Shown: positions 25,127 through 33,987 of the stretch, one piece after another
Layout: each line of letters begins with the position of its first letter
How positions within the stretch are numbered: position 1 is the first letter of the stretch
Origin: Candidatus Peribacteria bacterium RIFCSPHIGHO2_01_FULL_51_35
Lineage (GTDB): Bacteria > Patescibacteriota > Gracilibacteria > Peribacterales > Peribacteraceae
Direction of reading: 5' to 3'
DNA length: 64,000 bases
Assembly: GCA_001787535.1 (NCBI GenBank)
Contig: MFXP01000006.1
Location: forward strand, 56,339-120,338
Made by a program: the position numbers and the translations under genes
Notes under the pieces: generated by a model
What the model saw: the letters and a program-made list of their open reading frames with translations, nothing else
Told to the model about the DNA's origin: nothing
The model's database searches: none

Positions 25127-26488
25127 ATGGCAAAAAAAGCAAAAATTTTGGAACGAACGAATCCCGTGATGGATGCTCTCCTCAAAGATTCTCCCGAAGT
25201 GGTGCAAGTGAAACCCGGAGAACTGGTGGAAGGAACCGTGGTATTTCGCGGAAAGAACAAACTGCTCCTGGATATCGGCGGCGTGACGACCGGGATCGTT
25301 TCCGGACGAGAACTCCGTGATTCTTTCAATACGTTTAAGGATCTCAAACTCGGCGACCCCATCATGGCACTCGTATTGGAGGAAGAGAACGACGAAGGAA
25401 TGATCGTGCTGAGCCTCCGCATGGCCAGCCAACAGCGTGCGTGGGACAAGTTCCACCGCATGGTGGAAACGGACGCCACGATGAAATTCACGCCACAGGA
25501 GGCGAACAAAGGAGGTCTGCTCGCGAATATTGATGGTATTCGCACCTTCTTGCCGGTGAGCCAACTGGCGCCGTCCAATTATCCGCGCGTCAACAATGCG
25601 GATGCATCCGAGATCATCAACCGCCTGCAAAAGTTCGTCGGCCACACTTTCACGGTGAAAATCATCACGATGGATGAAGATGCCGGCAAGATCGTTGTGT
25701 CCGAACGCGAGGCAATGGCAGAGGAACGCGCGAAGTCTTTGGAAAGCCTGAAGGCCGGCGATGAAAAAGAAGGTCTCGTCAGCGGCATTGTGAAATTCGG
25801 TCTCTTCGTCGCCTTCGACGGACTGGAAGGACTCGTGCACATTTCCGAGATCGCCTGGGGACATGTGAAAAACCCGTCCGAGTTCGCGGAAGTCGGCGAC
25901 AAAGTGAAGGTGAAGATCATCGGTATCGACGGAGACAAACTCTCGCTCAGCATCAAGCAGCTGACGAAAGACCCCTGGGAAGAGATTGCAGAGCGCTACC
26001 CGGTGGGCAAGCGCGTGCAGGGAACAGTCGTCCGCTTTGCGGATTACGGCGCATTCCTGAAGCTGGAGAAGGACATCAATGGCTTGGTGCACCTCACGGA
26101 ACTTGCGCACCACAAAGTGACGGATGCATCCGAAGTGCTGAAGATCGGCGAGAAAGTGGATGCACAAGTCATCAATATCGATGTCGACGAGCGCCGCATC
26201 GGTCTCTCGGTAAAAGCCTTGAAGCCGATCGATAAAGAGACGATGGAGCGCATCAAGCGCGAACGCGAGGAAGAGGAAGCCAAAGCCAAGGAATCCGCGA
26301 AGAAAGAAGGCACCGAATCCGAAACATCAAAAGAGCGGCCTTCCATGGCCGCGACCGGATTCGTGGCATCCAAGACCGGCAAGAAATACTACCCGGCGGA
26401 TTCTGCCGCAGCAGAGAAGATCAAAGATGAGAACCGCGTGGAGTTTAAGACAGAGGACGAAGCGAAGGAGGCGGGATACAGCGCCTAA
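25127..26488 (+). CDS. rpsA: 30S ribosomal protein S1 (about 4 S1 domains) with extra C-terminal tail
   Basis: Start reassigned to MAKKAKILE. Repeated S1 motifs (G.VV....G.L+DIGG..G.+, GLVHISEIAWGHV, GLVHLTELAHHKV). Confidence 0.9.
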   Translation: MAKKAKILERTNPVMDALLKDSPEVVQVKPGELVEGTVVFRGKNKLLLDIGGVTTGIVSGRELRDSFNTFKDLKLGDPIMALVLEEENDEGMIVLSLRMASQQRAWDKFHRMVETDATMKFTPQEANKGGLLANIDGIRTFLPVSQLAPSNYPRVNNADASEIINRLQKFVGHTFTVKIITMDEDAGKIVVSEREAMAEERAKSLESLKAGDEKEGLVSGIVKFGLFVAFDGLEGLVHISEIAWGHVKNPSEFAEVGDKVKVKIIGIDGDKLSLSIKQLTKDPWEEIAERYPVGKRVQGTVVRFADYGAFLKLEKDINGLVHLTELAHHKVTDASEVLKIGEKVDAQVINIDVDERRIGLSVKALKPIDKETMERIKREREEEEAKAKESAKKEGTESETSKERPSMAATGFVASKTGKKYYPADSAAAEKIKDENRVEFKTEDEAKEAGYSA

Positions 26489-26489
26489 G

Positions 26490-26580
26490 CAACTGACAAT
26501 GGACAATTGACAACGATGGCAGCAGCTCTCGATTCTGAGCTCCTGCGTCATTGTCAGTTGTCAGTTGTACATTGTCCATT
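26490..26580. repeat. long hairpin with heptamer-periodic arms (CAACTGA/CAATTGA type) between convergent rpsA and HIT gene
   Basis: caactgacaatggacaattgacaacgat - loop - cattgtcagttgtcagttgtacattgtccatt. Confidence 0.8.
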
Positions 26581-26911
26581 AATCCTCCGACACTCTCTCT
26601 TCGCTGAGAAAATGTAAGTGGAGGTACATCACCTCCTGCCCTCCGCCTTTTCCCACGTGGAACGTTAATTTGTAGCCCTGAATCCCCTTCTCTTTGGCGA
26701 ATTTCTGCGCTTTTAAGATGAGCATCCCCGGAAGATGCGCGGTCTCCGGCGTGACATCTGCTATGGAAGCAACGAAATGTTTGGGAATGAACAGCAGATG
26801 TGTCGTTGCTTTCGGATGAATGTCTTTGAATGCCAGCACTTCCTCGTCTTCGTACACAACACTCGCGGGAATTTCTTTTTGAAGGATGCGATGGAAAATC
26901 GTTTGTTCCAT
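26579..26911 (-). CDS. HIT family (histidine triad) nucleotide hydrolase
   Basis: IFHRILQKEIPASVVYEDEEVLAFKDIHPKA and the HLHLHFL triad motif. Confidence 0.9.
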   Translation of the reverse strand: MEQTIFHRILQKEIPASVVYEDEEVLAFKDIHPKATTHLLFIPKHFVASIADVTPETAHLPGMLILKAQKFAKEKGIQGYKLTFHVGKGGGQEVMYLHLHFLSEERVSED

Positions 26912-27021
26912 ATCATCATGATATCGAGCGCGGAGTGTGCCGTAAAGATGGCTTGCAGTAGCTGAAAACCATGTACGCTTTCGATTGACTTTTCATCGAA
27001 AAAAAGGGAAAATAGAGGTAC

Positions 27022-27519
27022 ATGGGAGCGACATCTTCACCATTCGAAAAGGGATTCTCACACTCACCGGAGTATCACGACGCTACAAAACATATCGTAT
27101 CGCAGCCGTTGAAAAGTGAAGTAATACGCATGTTGGATACATTGAACGCGATTGACAGCGTTCCGCAGCGCGTGAGTGAAAGAACAGGTGAAGATATCTC
27201 CGGTGACATGGGAATGGCCGCAGGCACAGCCGGTGCGGGGCAGATCTCTCCGCGCGATCAAGCAATTGCCAATCTGCCGGAGCCCGTGCTCATGCAGAAG
27301 CAACTGGAAAAACATATTCAGAGAGAAGTGAGGCGACTGACAAAAGAAGCTGCTCGCATTTCGCGCCTGCAGAAGCCCGGCGCGGCCTTTTATTTGAACG
27401 AACTCTACGCACGCATTCGCCGCCTGAATGCTCTCCTCCATGAACTGTGGGATGCCTCCGTGGAGGTGGTGAAGCGGCTCTTTATCCGCGTATTCGTGGA
27501 TAAGCAGCCAATCCTTTAA
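27022..27519 (+). CDS. hypothetical protein (165 aa)
   Basis: ATG ORF with a helical C-terminal half and no recognised motif. Confidence 0.5.
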   Translation: MGATSSPFEKGFSHSPEYHDATKHIVSQPLKSEVIRMLDTLNAIDSVPQRVSERTGEDISGDMGMAAGTAGAGQISPRDQAIANLPEPVLMQKQLEKHIQREVRRLTKEAARISRLQKPGAAFYLNELYARIRRLNALLHELWDASVEVVKRLFIRVFVDKQPIL

Positions 27520-27522
27520 TAA

Positions 27523-27629
27523 AGGACACGAAAGACACGAACGAAGAGAAGGACACGAAGGAAAAAATACGCACGATCCCCGGGCGTCTTTTTATTCATT
27601 TCAATTCCTTCGTGTCATTCGTGTCTTTC
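27523..27629. repeat. long hairpin with about 9-nt periodic arms (GGACACGAA type) between convergent genes
   Basis: aggacacgaaagacacgaacgaagagaaggacacgaagg ... ccttcgtgtcattcgtgtctttc. Confidence 0.75.
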
Positions 27630-27929
27630 ATGGTGCTTCTTCTCTTTCTTCTTCGCGAGTGCATCTATGTTGGAAATCACCCACTCCATGATCTGGTCCG
27701 CCATGGAGATCGGTTTGAGGATAACTGCTTCCACTTGCGCCGTAATGTCTTCCACCCGGCGGAGGATTTTCCGCATGTCCACCATCACAAACAGCGCGTG
27801 GTACAGCACGATGATCAGCATGACCGCCACAACGATGTAAAGGCCGATGAGAACATCTCCGGAAGTGAGCTGCATAAGAGTGCGGAAAGGATTACGATGG
27901 AACATACCGATTCTCTTCTCCGTAAGCAA
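27615..27929 (-). CDS. hypothetical single-pass membrane protein (104 aa)
   Basis: One TM helix (VLIGLYIVVAVMLIIVLY) followed by a helical tail and a Lys/His-rich C-terminus. Confidence 0.5.
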   Translation of the reverse strand: MLTEKRIGMFHRNPFRTLMQLTSGDVLIGLYIVVAVMLIIVLYHALFVMVDMRKILRRVEDITAQVEAVILKPISMADQIMEWVISNIDALAKKKEKKHHERHE

Positions 27930-27940
27930 TTCCCTTCCGC

Positions 27941-28228
27941 ATGAAGCATTTTCTAGTCACGCTTTGGCACATACCGCGCACACTGCTCGTGGGCTGCATA
28001 ACGGTGTATCAGCACACGCTTTCACCGGATCATGGACCGCTGAGGCACCTGCATCCGTACGGTTACTGCCGCCACTCCCCCACCTGTTCTAAATACGCTC
28101 AGCAGATTATTCAGGAAAAAGGAGTGGTTGTCGGCAGCGCACTGGCATTCTGGAGATTGCTCCGATGCAATCCGTGGACAAAACCGGATACCAAGCGAGC
28201 GATGGAGGCGTCTCATGAAAGAAAATGA
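27941..28228 (+). CDS. yidD: membrane protein insertion efficiency factor YidD
   Basis: VYQHTLSPDHG....CRHSPTCSKYAQQII...G...G..LAFWRLLRCNPW signature. Confidence 0.9.
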   Translation: MKHFLVTLWHIPRTLLVGCITVYQHTLSPDHGPLRHLHPYGYCRHSPTCSKYAQQIIQEKGVVVGSALAFWRLLRCNPWTKPDTKRAMEASHERK

Positions 28229-28285
28229 TTATTTTGAACTCCTTCGGGAGTTTCTTGAGCACTGAAATCCATGTAAGCTTGTCCC

Positions 28286-28603
28286 ATGTCCACACTGACT
28301 GAAGCGATTTCTGTCTTTCAACAAAATCCAACGGATGAGAGCGCTCAAGATATCAATCTGGCTGCCATGACGGAATCAGCCGTGGCATTCGTACAAAGTG
28401 GAGATGGAATATCTATAGATTCTGAATTGTTTACCGCATTGGATAGTGCGCGCCAAGCATTGGAAAGCACTGCTAGCCCGAGCCACCTCATAAAGCATTA
28501 TGCGAAAAGTATGAACTTGCGCATAAAGCTCCTGCAGGCAAAACAACTTGGAAATTCCACTCTGGTGAAACAACTGCTTCGTGATGCTCTTCAGCAAAAT
28601 TAA
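28286..28603 (+). CDS. hypothetical protein (105 aa)
   Basis: ATG ORF with no motif. Confidence 0.4.
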   Translation: MSTLTEAISVFQQNPTDESAQDINLAAMTESAVAFVQSGDGISIDSELFTALDSARQALESTASPSHLIKHYAKSMNLRIKLLQAKQLGNSTLVKQLLRDALQQN

Positions 28604-28624
28604 ACGCGAGCAATCATTGTAAAT

Positions 28625-28882
28625 CTAAAGCCTTGCCAGCTTTGCTTCGTGCTTGCTGAGCTTACGCATCGTTTCCTCCAAATCCTCCTGAAGTGCCTGA
28701 CGGTGCTGGCGGGCTTCTTCGAAACCTTCGCCCATTTTTGCGCTCAGATTTGCCATATTCTTTTCAACCCCAGCTATTTTCTGATCTAACTTCCGGTCTA
28801 AAGCTGCTATCTGCTGCTGCAAATCGTTCTTCATTGCCTGCATATGCTCCAGAAGCACGATGTTGGTGATATCGTCTGCCAT
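28625..28882 (-). CDS. hypothetical coiled-coil protein (85 aa from ATG 28882)
   Basis: Heptad-like MKNDLQQQIAALDRKLDQKIAGVEKNMANLSAKMGE. The longer ORF-track N-terminus is unlikely to be real. Confidence 0.4.
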   Translation of the reverse strand: MADDITNIVLLEHMQAMKNDLQQQIAALDRKLDQKIAGVEKNMANLSAKMGEGFEEARQHRQALQEDLEETMRKLSKHEAKLARL

Positions 28883-28968
28883 GAAGATGCATACTAAACC
28901 ACCGACCCAGTCAAAACAACTTCTATGTTTGTTGACTTCCATTGGCACGTACCATATCATTCAACCAA

Positions 28969-29322
28969 ATGGTTGAATTAACGATCGATCCCATCGGCCT
29001 GATCTTTCAGTCCCTCGCGGATCCAACTCGCCGCGATATCCTCAGACGCGTCGCGAGGAAGGAACTCTCCATCGGAGATATTGCCAAGCATTATAAGATG
29101 ACATTTGCTGCGATTTCGAAGCACCTGAAAGTTCTGGAGAAGGCCAGATTGGTCGTAAAACGCCGCGAAGGCAAAGAGCAAATTGTCCAACTTTCTCCCG
29201 CCGCTTTTAGTGACGCCGCAAAGTATTTGCGCTACTATGAACGTTTCTGGAATGACCGTTTGGATTCACTCGAATCGTATTTAAAAACCCTTCCCCCCTC
29301 TTCTTATGGCCGTGCAAAGTAA
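28969..29322 (+). CDS. ArsR/SmtB family transcriptional regulator
   Basis: IFQSLADPTRRDILRRV...LSIGDIAKHYKMTFAAISKHLKVLEKARLV winged-HTH signature. Confidence 0.88.
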   Translation: MVELTIDPIGLIFQSLADPTRRDILRRVARKELSIGDIAKHYKMTFAAISKHLKVLEKARLVVKRREGKEQIVQLSPAAFSDAAKYLRYYERFWNDRLDSLESYLKTLPPSSYGRAK

Positions 29323-29821
29323 GACGAAAGATTTAGTTATTACCCGCATCTTGAACGCCCCGCGCGAACAGGTTTGGAAAGCGTGGACGGAACCTGAACA
29401 AATCAAAAAATGGTGGGGTCCCAAGGACTTCACTGCACCGATGATTAAAAATGACCTGCGTACAGGCGGCAAATTTATGTACACCATGCGCGGACCGGCG
29501 GGCACGGAATACGACAAAGACATGCCAAGCGGAGGCACCTACAAAGAAGTCATTCCTATGGAGAAGATCGTCGCATCGGATCACTTCATGGACAAAGACG
29601 GCAATATCATCACGCCGAATGAGGCCGGTCTGCCGGGCGAATGGCCGGAAGAAATGGAAGTGACTGTGACATTTGAAGACGCGGGCCCCGGCCCTTCGGC
29701 TGCGCTCAGGGCAAGCAAGACAAAGCTGACGGTTCTGCATAAAGGCCACCCGACGGACTTCGCTTCAATGGCCGAGCAAGGCTGGAATGAATCACTGGAT
29801 AAGTTTGTCGCTATTCTTTAA
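29306..29821 (+). CDS. SRPBCC (AHSA1/Aha1-like) domain protein
   Basis: ITRILNAPREQVWKAWTEPEQIKKWWGPKDFT signature. Confidence 0.85.
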   Translation: MAVQSKTKDLVITRILNAPREQVWKAWTEPEQIKKWWGPKDFTAPMIKNDLRTGGKFMYTMRGPAGTEYDKDMPSGGTYKEVIPMEKIVASDHFMDKDGNIITPNEAGLPGEWPEEMEVTVTFEDAGPGPSAALRASKTKLTVLHKGHPTDFASMAEQGWNESLDKFVAIL

Positions 29822-29838
29822 TTTTCTCTCATTCTTCC

Positions 29839-30297
29839 ATGCACACTTCAAGCACCAAAGACCGGGAAATGATCATCACAAGGGACATCCAAGCACCACG
29901 CGACCTTCTCTGGCGCGCGTGGACGGAGCCGGAGCACCTTATCAAGTGGTGGGGTCCGAATGGATTTACGAATACGTTCCATGAAATCAGCGTGAAGCCC
30001 GGTGGTGTGTGGCGGTTCATGATGCACAGTCCCGATGGCGTCGATTATCCGAACAAGATCATTTACAAGGAACTCGTGAAGCCAGAACGGATCGTGTACG
30101 TACATGCGGAAGACGGGGCAAAAGTGCACCATTTCGAGTCCGTGGTGACGTTCGACGATCTTGGCAACGGAAAGACGCGCGTCACGATGAAGGTGCTCTT
30201 CGTCACAAAGGAAGAGTTCGAAAGAGTGAAAGGCTACGCCATCGAGGGCGGACAACAGACGCTGGGCCGTCTCGCAGAACACGTGAAAACCATGTAA
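29839..30297 (+). CDS. SRPBCC (AHSA1/Aha1-like) domain protein, paralog
   Basis: ITRDIQAPRDLLWRAWTEPEHLIKWWGPNGFT. Confidence 0.85.
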   Translation: MHTSSTKDREMIITRDIQAPRDLLWRAWTEPEHLIKWWGPNGFTNTFHEISVKPGGVWRFMMHSPDGVDYPNKIIYKELVKPERIVYVHAEDGAKVHHFESVVTFDDLGNGKTRVTMKVLFVTKEEFERVKGYAIEGGQQTLGRLAEHVKTM

Positions 30298-30315
30298 TTC
30301 TTTCCCCACTTTTTT

Positions 30316-30690
30316 ATGCGTTACATCGATGGCTTCGTTATTCCCATTCCAAAGAAAAATGTGAAGGCCTATTTAAAAATGGCTAAGCTGGGCGGAAAAT
30401 TATGGAAGAAATACGGCGCTTTGGAATACATAGAAGCCGTGGGCGATGACCTGCCATCCAACATGGGAGGTATGGCATTTGCCTCATTTCCCAAAATCGC
30501 AAAAGTGAAGAAAGGCGAGACGGTGGTGTTCTCCTTCATCGTCTACAAGTCCCGCAAGCACCGCGACCAAGTGAATGCCAAAGTCATGAAGGATCCCGCT
30601 ATGAGCGAGGACAATTTTAAAGATAAGCCCATGCCTTTTGACATGAAGCGCATGTCGTACGGCGGATTCCAAGCAATCGTCGACATGTGA
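30316..30690 (+). CDS. DUF1428 family protein
   Basis: MRYIDGFVIPIPKKNVKAYLKMAKLGGKLWKKYGALEYIE... and the C-terminal MSYGGFQAIVDM are typical of DUF1428. Confidence 0.75.
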   Translation: MRYIDGFVIPIPKKNVKAYLKMAKLGGKLWKKYGALEYIEAVGDDLPSNMGGMAFASFPKIAKVKKGETVVFSFIVYKSRKHRDQVNAKVMKDPAMSEDNFKDKPMPFDMKRMSYGGFQAIVDM

Positions 30691-30829
30691 AAGACCATTG
30701 AGCGAAACCGCGGCGTAGTCACGCTTCAGCGGGACGAAGCCGGGTGAGGCGGATGGTGTATGGAGGGCTTGAGGCGATCGTAGATCTCTGAGGGGAGCGC
30801 ACAGGAAACAATTCCGTTACACTCAGGCA

Positions 30830-32569
30830 ATGAAGCGTATTCCATGGCACATCGTTATTCTGGGAATCTTCCTGTTCTTCTTTTTCTGGGGACTGAACGC
30901 GCAGTACCCGGTACTGGGGCACGATTATTTCTACTTCTTCCCGCGCATGCTGGAGGGAAAGTGGCATTTTCTTCGTCAGGGGCTTCTACCGCTTCGCTTC
31001 GCGCCGCATTTGTGCGGCGGTTTTCCTCAGTACGGCAATCCGCAAGATCTTTTCTACTCTCTGCCGCAGTTCCTGAGCTTCTTTCTTGACCTCTGGACTG
31101 CCGCACAGCTCAGCATTTTCATCGGCATGGTGCTGGGCTATGTCGGATGGGTTTTCTTCGGGAAGGATGTCTTGCGGCTGACATCCCCGTGGTCACATGT
31201 CCTGGCTCTGGTGTGCACGGCGAACGGATTCTTTTTTGTTCATCTCGCTGTGGGACATCTTTCCTACTTCACTCTCCCGTTGATGTCGTGGGTGCTATGG
31301 GTGCTTTTTCATCGTGAGAAGGAATCAAACCGGTTCGTTCTCCTGCAGCGCGCCACCTTTGCCACAGTGCTCGCAGGGATTTTCCTGTATTCGGGCAGCC
31401 ATTTGGCATCCTTCATTATTCTTCCGCTGATTGTCTTTTTCCTTCCCTTCGATCTTCTGCTGTCTGCGGAGCCCCGGAACAGATTGATTGTTCTTGGCCG
31501 CCGATGTTTCTTTTTTGGATTGGCTTCACTGACGCTGGGTGCAAGCAAACTCGTTGCCGTATACAGCGTCATGCGTGTCCTGCCACGATCCATGGCTTTC
31601 TATGAATACACCGCAGGCCAAAATGTCCTCCTGTTCGCAGCGAAAGCCCTGTGGGCATTCCCACAGCTGCCGTGGTTCTTTACGCAAGATCCCATCAACA
31701 GGATCCACGAAGAGAGCATGTTCACATCCCCCGTCGTTCTCATTGGAATCATGGTGCTCGCATGGTTATTTCTCAAGAATCCGCACATAGGAAGATGGAA
31801 AAAGGTTTTTCTTGCAATCACCGCATTGTGCATTGCCGGGTTCCTTCTGGGGATAGTCCATGGGGTGGGAATCATCCCCGAAACGCTGCAGAAATTCCCT
31901 TTCTTTTCTTCACTGCGCGTGCCGGAACGCTTCCTTCTCATTCTCGCGTTGCTTTTCTCCATAGGCGGCATCCGGGGATTGGCTCTCCTCTTCCAAAAAG
32001 AGCGTTGGAAAGTGTGGAATGCACGCGCAGCGCTGGGAGCCTCTGTGCTGACCGTTGCGGCATTCATCGGAGCATACAGTCCCCTCCTCCAAAGCCTGGA
32101 GTACACGCTTCCGTATGATCAGATTAACGCATCACTGCATGCGGATCCGGACCCGCTGAAGCAGCCGATTACAAAAGTGCAAAATTTGCGCGGTCTTAAG
32201 GTGTCCGATTTTCATTATTTCTTCCAGGGTTCCACCGGATCGCGCTGTTACGAAACCATCCAATCCTCGAATTTCCCCGCCTTGCAAGACGGCCCCGTCA
32301 ATTTGGCATGGGACGACGCACTGAATGTCTACAATCCCGCATGCATTGCATATGGAAAAGAGAACGGTTGCCGTCCCGGAGATCGCATAGACATCGATGA
32401 TCTTCCGAATCTGGAACGATTCATCAATGGCAAGCAGACGACGTGGAAGCTGTCCGCAGCACAACATGTGGCGGACGGCGTGACTCTGGTTGCATTGCTT
32501 GGAATTATTCTTGTAACAGTCCTATCGGCCTTGTATACGTGCAGAAAAATATGGTCGGCACGCGGTTAA
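30830..32569 (+). CDS. large polytopic membrane protein, function unknown (glycosyl/lipid-carrier transferase-like architecture suspected)
   Basis: 579 aa, at least 10 predicted TM helices followed by a soluble region and a C-terminal TM. No catalytic motif recognised. Confidence 0.6.
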   Translation: MKRIPWHIVILGIFLFFFFWGLNAQYPVLGHDYFYFFPRMLEGKWHFLRQGLLPLRFAPHLCGGFPQYGNPQDLFYSLPQFLSFFLDLWTAAQLSIFIGMVLGYVGWVFFGKDVLRLTSPWSHVLALVCTANGFFFVHLAVGHLSYFTLPLMSWVLWVLFHREKESNRFVLLQRATFATVLAGIFLYSGSHLASFIILPLIVFFLPFDLLLSAEPRNRLIVLGRRCFFFGLASLTLGASKLVAVYSVMRVLPRSMAFYEYTAGQNVLLFAAKALWAFPQLPWFFTQDPINRIHEESMFTSPVVLIGIMVLAWLFLKNPHIGRWKKVFLAITALCIAGFLLGIVHGVGIIPETLQKFPFFSSLRVPERFLLILALLFSIGGIRGLALLFQKERWKVWNARAALGASVLTVAAFIGAYSPLLQSLEYTLPYDQINASLHADPDPLKQPITKVQNLRGLKVSDFHYFFQGSTGSRCYETIQSSNFPALQDGPVNLAWDDALNVYNPACIAYGKENGCRPGDRIDIDDLPNLERFINGKQTTWKLSAAQHVADGVTLVALLGIILVTVLSALYTCRKIWSARG

Positions 32570-32584
32570 AGATCCTTTAAAACT

Positions 32585-33442
32585 TCAGCGAAACGCCACG
32601 CGAGCAACGATTCCCGTCGAAAGTTTCCTTCCGTCTTCCGTCTCGAGATTCATCTCTTTTGTTTCCAAATCAAACTTCTGCCGCGGATTCTTGGTCTTGA
32701 TGATGCCCGTGAGCAACCTGCGGAAACTGTCCGGTGTATCGGCTTGTGCATAGCCATTGAGGATCAAAAATGCAGGCTGGCTAGAAAGAATCGCAATGCA
32801 ATCTTCCAATAGAGGCGCTAGATCGCGCTCCACACGCCAGGTTTTGCCCGAGGGAGAATGCCCGTACGCAGGAGGATCTAAAATAATGCCGTCGTACTGC
32901 TTGCCGCGCTTTTTTTCCCGAGCGACGAACGTGGGAACATCATCCATGATCCAACGGACACTCGTCGGGGAAAGTTGATTGAGCTCGGCATTCTCTTTCG
33001 CCCAGACAATGGCGGGCTTGGAGGCATCCACATGGGTGACCGCATGCCCATCCTTCGCCAATGCCATCGTCATGCCTCCGGTGTATGCAAAAAGATTCAG
33101 CACCGTGAGCGGCTTGCCCGCCGATCCCCGCGCACGAGCCCAGCGCCAATTTTCTACTTGTTCCGGAAAGACTCCCGTATGTTTGTACGGCGCAAGTCGA
33201 ACACGCAGATGAAGATCATCCACTGCGATCATCCACTGCTCCGGAAGTTCCGTGTTCTTTCTCCAAGTTCCTTTTCCTTTCTCCCCTTCATACACGGCAT
33301 CAGCCTTGCTCCACAATGCGGGATGCAGTGGCTCCCCTGCAGCCGTGGGATCCGGACGCACAAGCATGTACTCGCCCCACTGTTCCAGGCGTTTGCCGTG
33401 GCCGAAATCGAGGAGGTTGTACGTATTCTTCTGCACAGCCAT
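32585..33442 (-). CDS. class I SAM-dependent (RNA) methyltransferase, RlmI/RlmK-like catalytic domain
   Basis: Start reassigned to MAVQKNTYNLLDFG. VLNLFAYTGGMTMALA (motif I) and IILDPPAYG (motif IV). The ORF-track N-terminus reads through a tRNA gene. Confidence 0.8.
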   Translation of the reverse strand: MAVQKNTYNLLDFGHGKRLEQWGEYMLVRPDPTAAGEPLHPALWSKADAVYEGEKGKGTWRKNTELPEQWMIAVDDLHLRVRLAPYKHTGVFPEQVENWRWARARGSAGKPLTVLNLFAYTGGMTMALAKDGHAVTHVDASKPAIVWAKENAELNQLSPTSVRWIMDDVPTFVAREKKRGKQYDGIILDPPAYGHSPSGKTWRVERDLAPLLEDCIAILSSQPAFLILNGYAQADTPDSFRRLLTGIIKTKNPRQKFDLETKEMNLETEDGRKLSTGIVARVAFR

Positions 33443-33472
33443 AGAATAGAGGATTTTTGCTATACTGACTGC

Positions 33473-33736
33473 ATGCGCAAACTTTCGTGGAAACAAAAGG
33501 CAAAGATTGCAGTGGCTCTCTTCTTTCATCGCAAAACTCCATTCGCTGCAAAAGCAACAATCATCGGTGCGATTCTCTATGGCCTTATGCCGCTGGACAT
33601 TATTCCCGATATTCTCCCCGTTCTCGGCTTTGCAGATGATGCCACCGTGCTCATCCTGGCTATCATTGCGTTTCTCCATCTCACAAAGAGCATCCGGAAA
33701 GAGATGGCGAACAAAAAAGATATCATTGATGTGTGA
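33473..33736 (+). CDS. DUF1232 (YkvA-like) membrane protein
   Basis: KATIIGAILYGLMPLDIIPDILPVLGFADDATVLILAI signature. Confidence 0.8.
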   Translation: MRKLSWKQKAKIAVALFFHRKTPFAAKATIIGAILYGLMPLDIIPDILPVLGFADDATVLILAIIAFLHLTKSIRKEMANKKDIIDV

Positions 33737-33750
33737 TCTGCTGTAAAGAT

Positions 33751-33824
33751 TGGAGCGGGTAGCGGGAATCGAACCCGCATCCTCAGCTTGGAAGGCTGAT
33801 GTACTACCACTGTACGATACCCGC
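33751..33824 (-). tRNA. tRNA-Gly (anticodon TCC), CCA encoded
   Basis: Reverse complement GCGGGTATCGTACAGTGGTAGTACA-TCAGC-CTTCCAA-GCTGA..GGTTCGATTCC..TACCCGCTCCA. Confidence 0.9.
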
Positions 33825-33841
33825 ATGTGAGAATGATCTTA

Positions 33842-33919
33842 GGAAGGCTGATGTACGAACACTGCCTGCCCACCGTAGTCCCGCCGGTGCGGGACGAAGG
33901 CGGGTACGATACCCGCATG
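33842..33919 (-). pseudogene. pseudo 5' half of tRNA-Gly(TCC) interrupted by a 40-nt GC-rich palindromic element
   Basis: ggaaggctgatgtac (15 nt) and gtacgatacccgcatg (16 nt) duplicate the adjacent tRNA. They are separated by gcctgcccaccgtagtcccgccggtgcgggacgaaggcgg at the D-stem/D-loop junction. Confidence 0.75.
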
Positions 33920-33987
33920 AAAAAAGAGCGAAGGCAGCATATCAGCCAAAGTATCTTTCTGTGAAGGGAATGCGTCCTTCAATAAGC

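Noticed and set aside
25013-26167. 384-aa minus-strand ORF
   Set aside because: It is antisense to rpsA, whose repeated S1 domains are evident. It is a shadow ORF.
32585-33826. 413-aa version of the methyltransferase ORF and the 253-aa ORF 32975..33736
   Set aside because: The long N-terminus of the first reads through tRNA-Gly(TCC), giving the typical ...SIPATRS tRNA-derived peptide, and through the DUF1232 gene in antisense. It was trimmed to ATG 33442. The second is real only in its last 87 codons (DUF1232).
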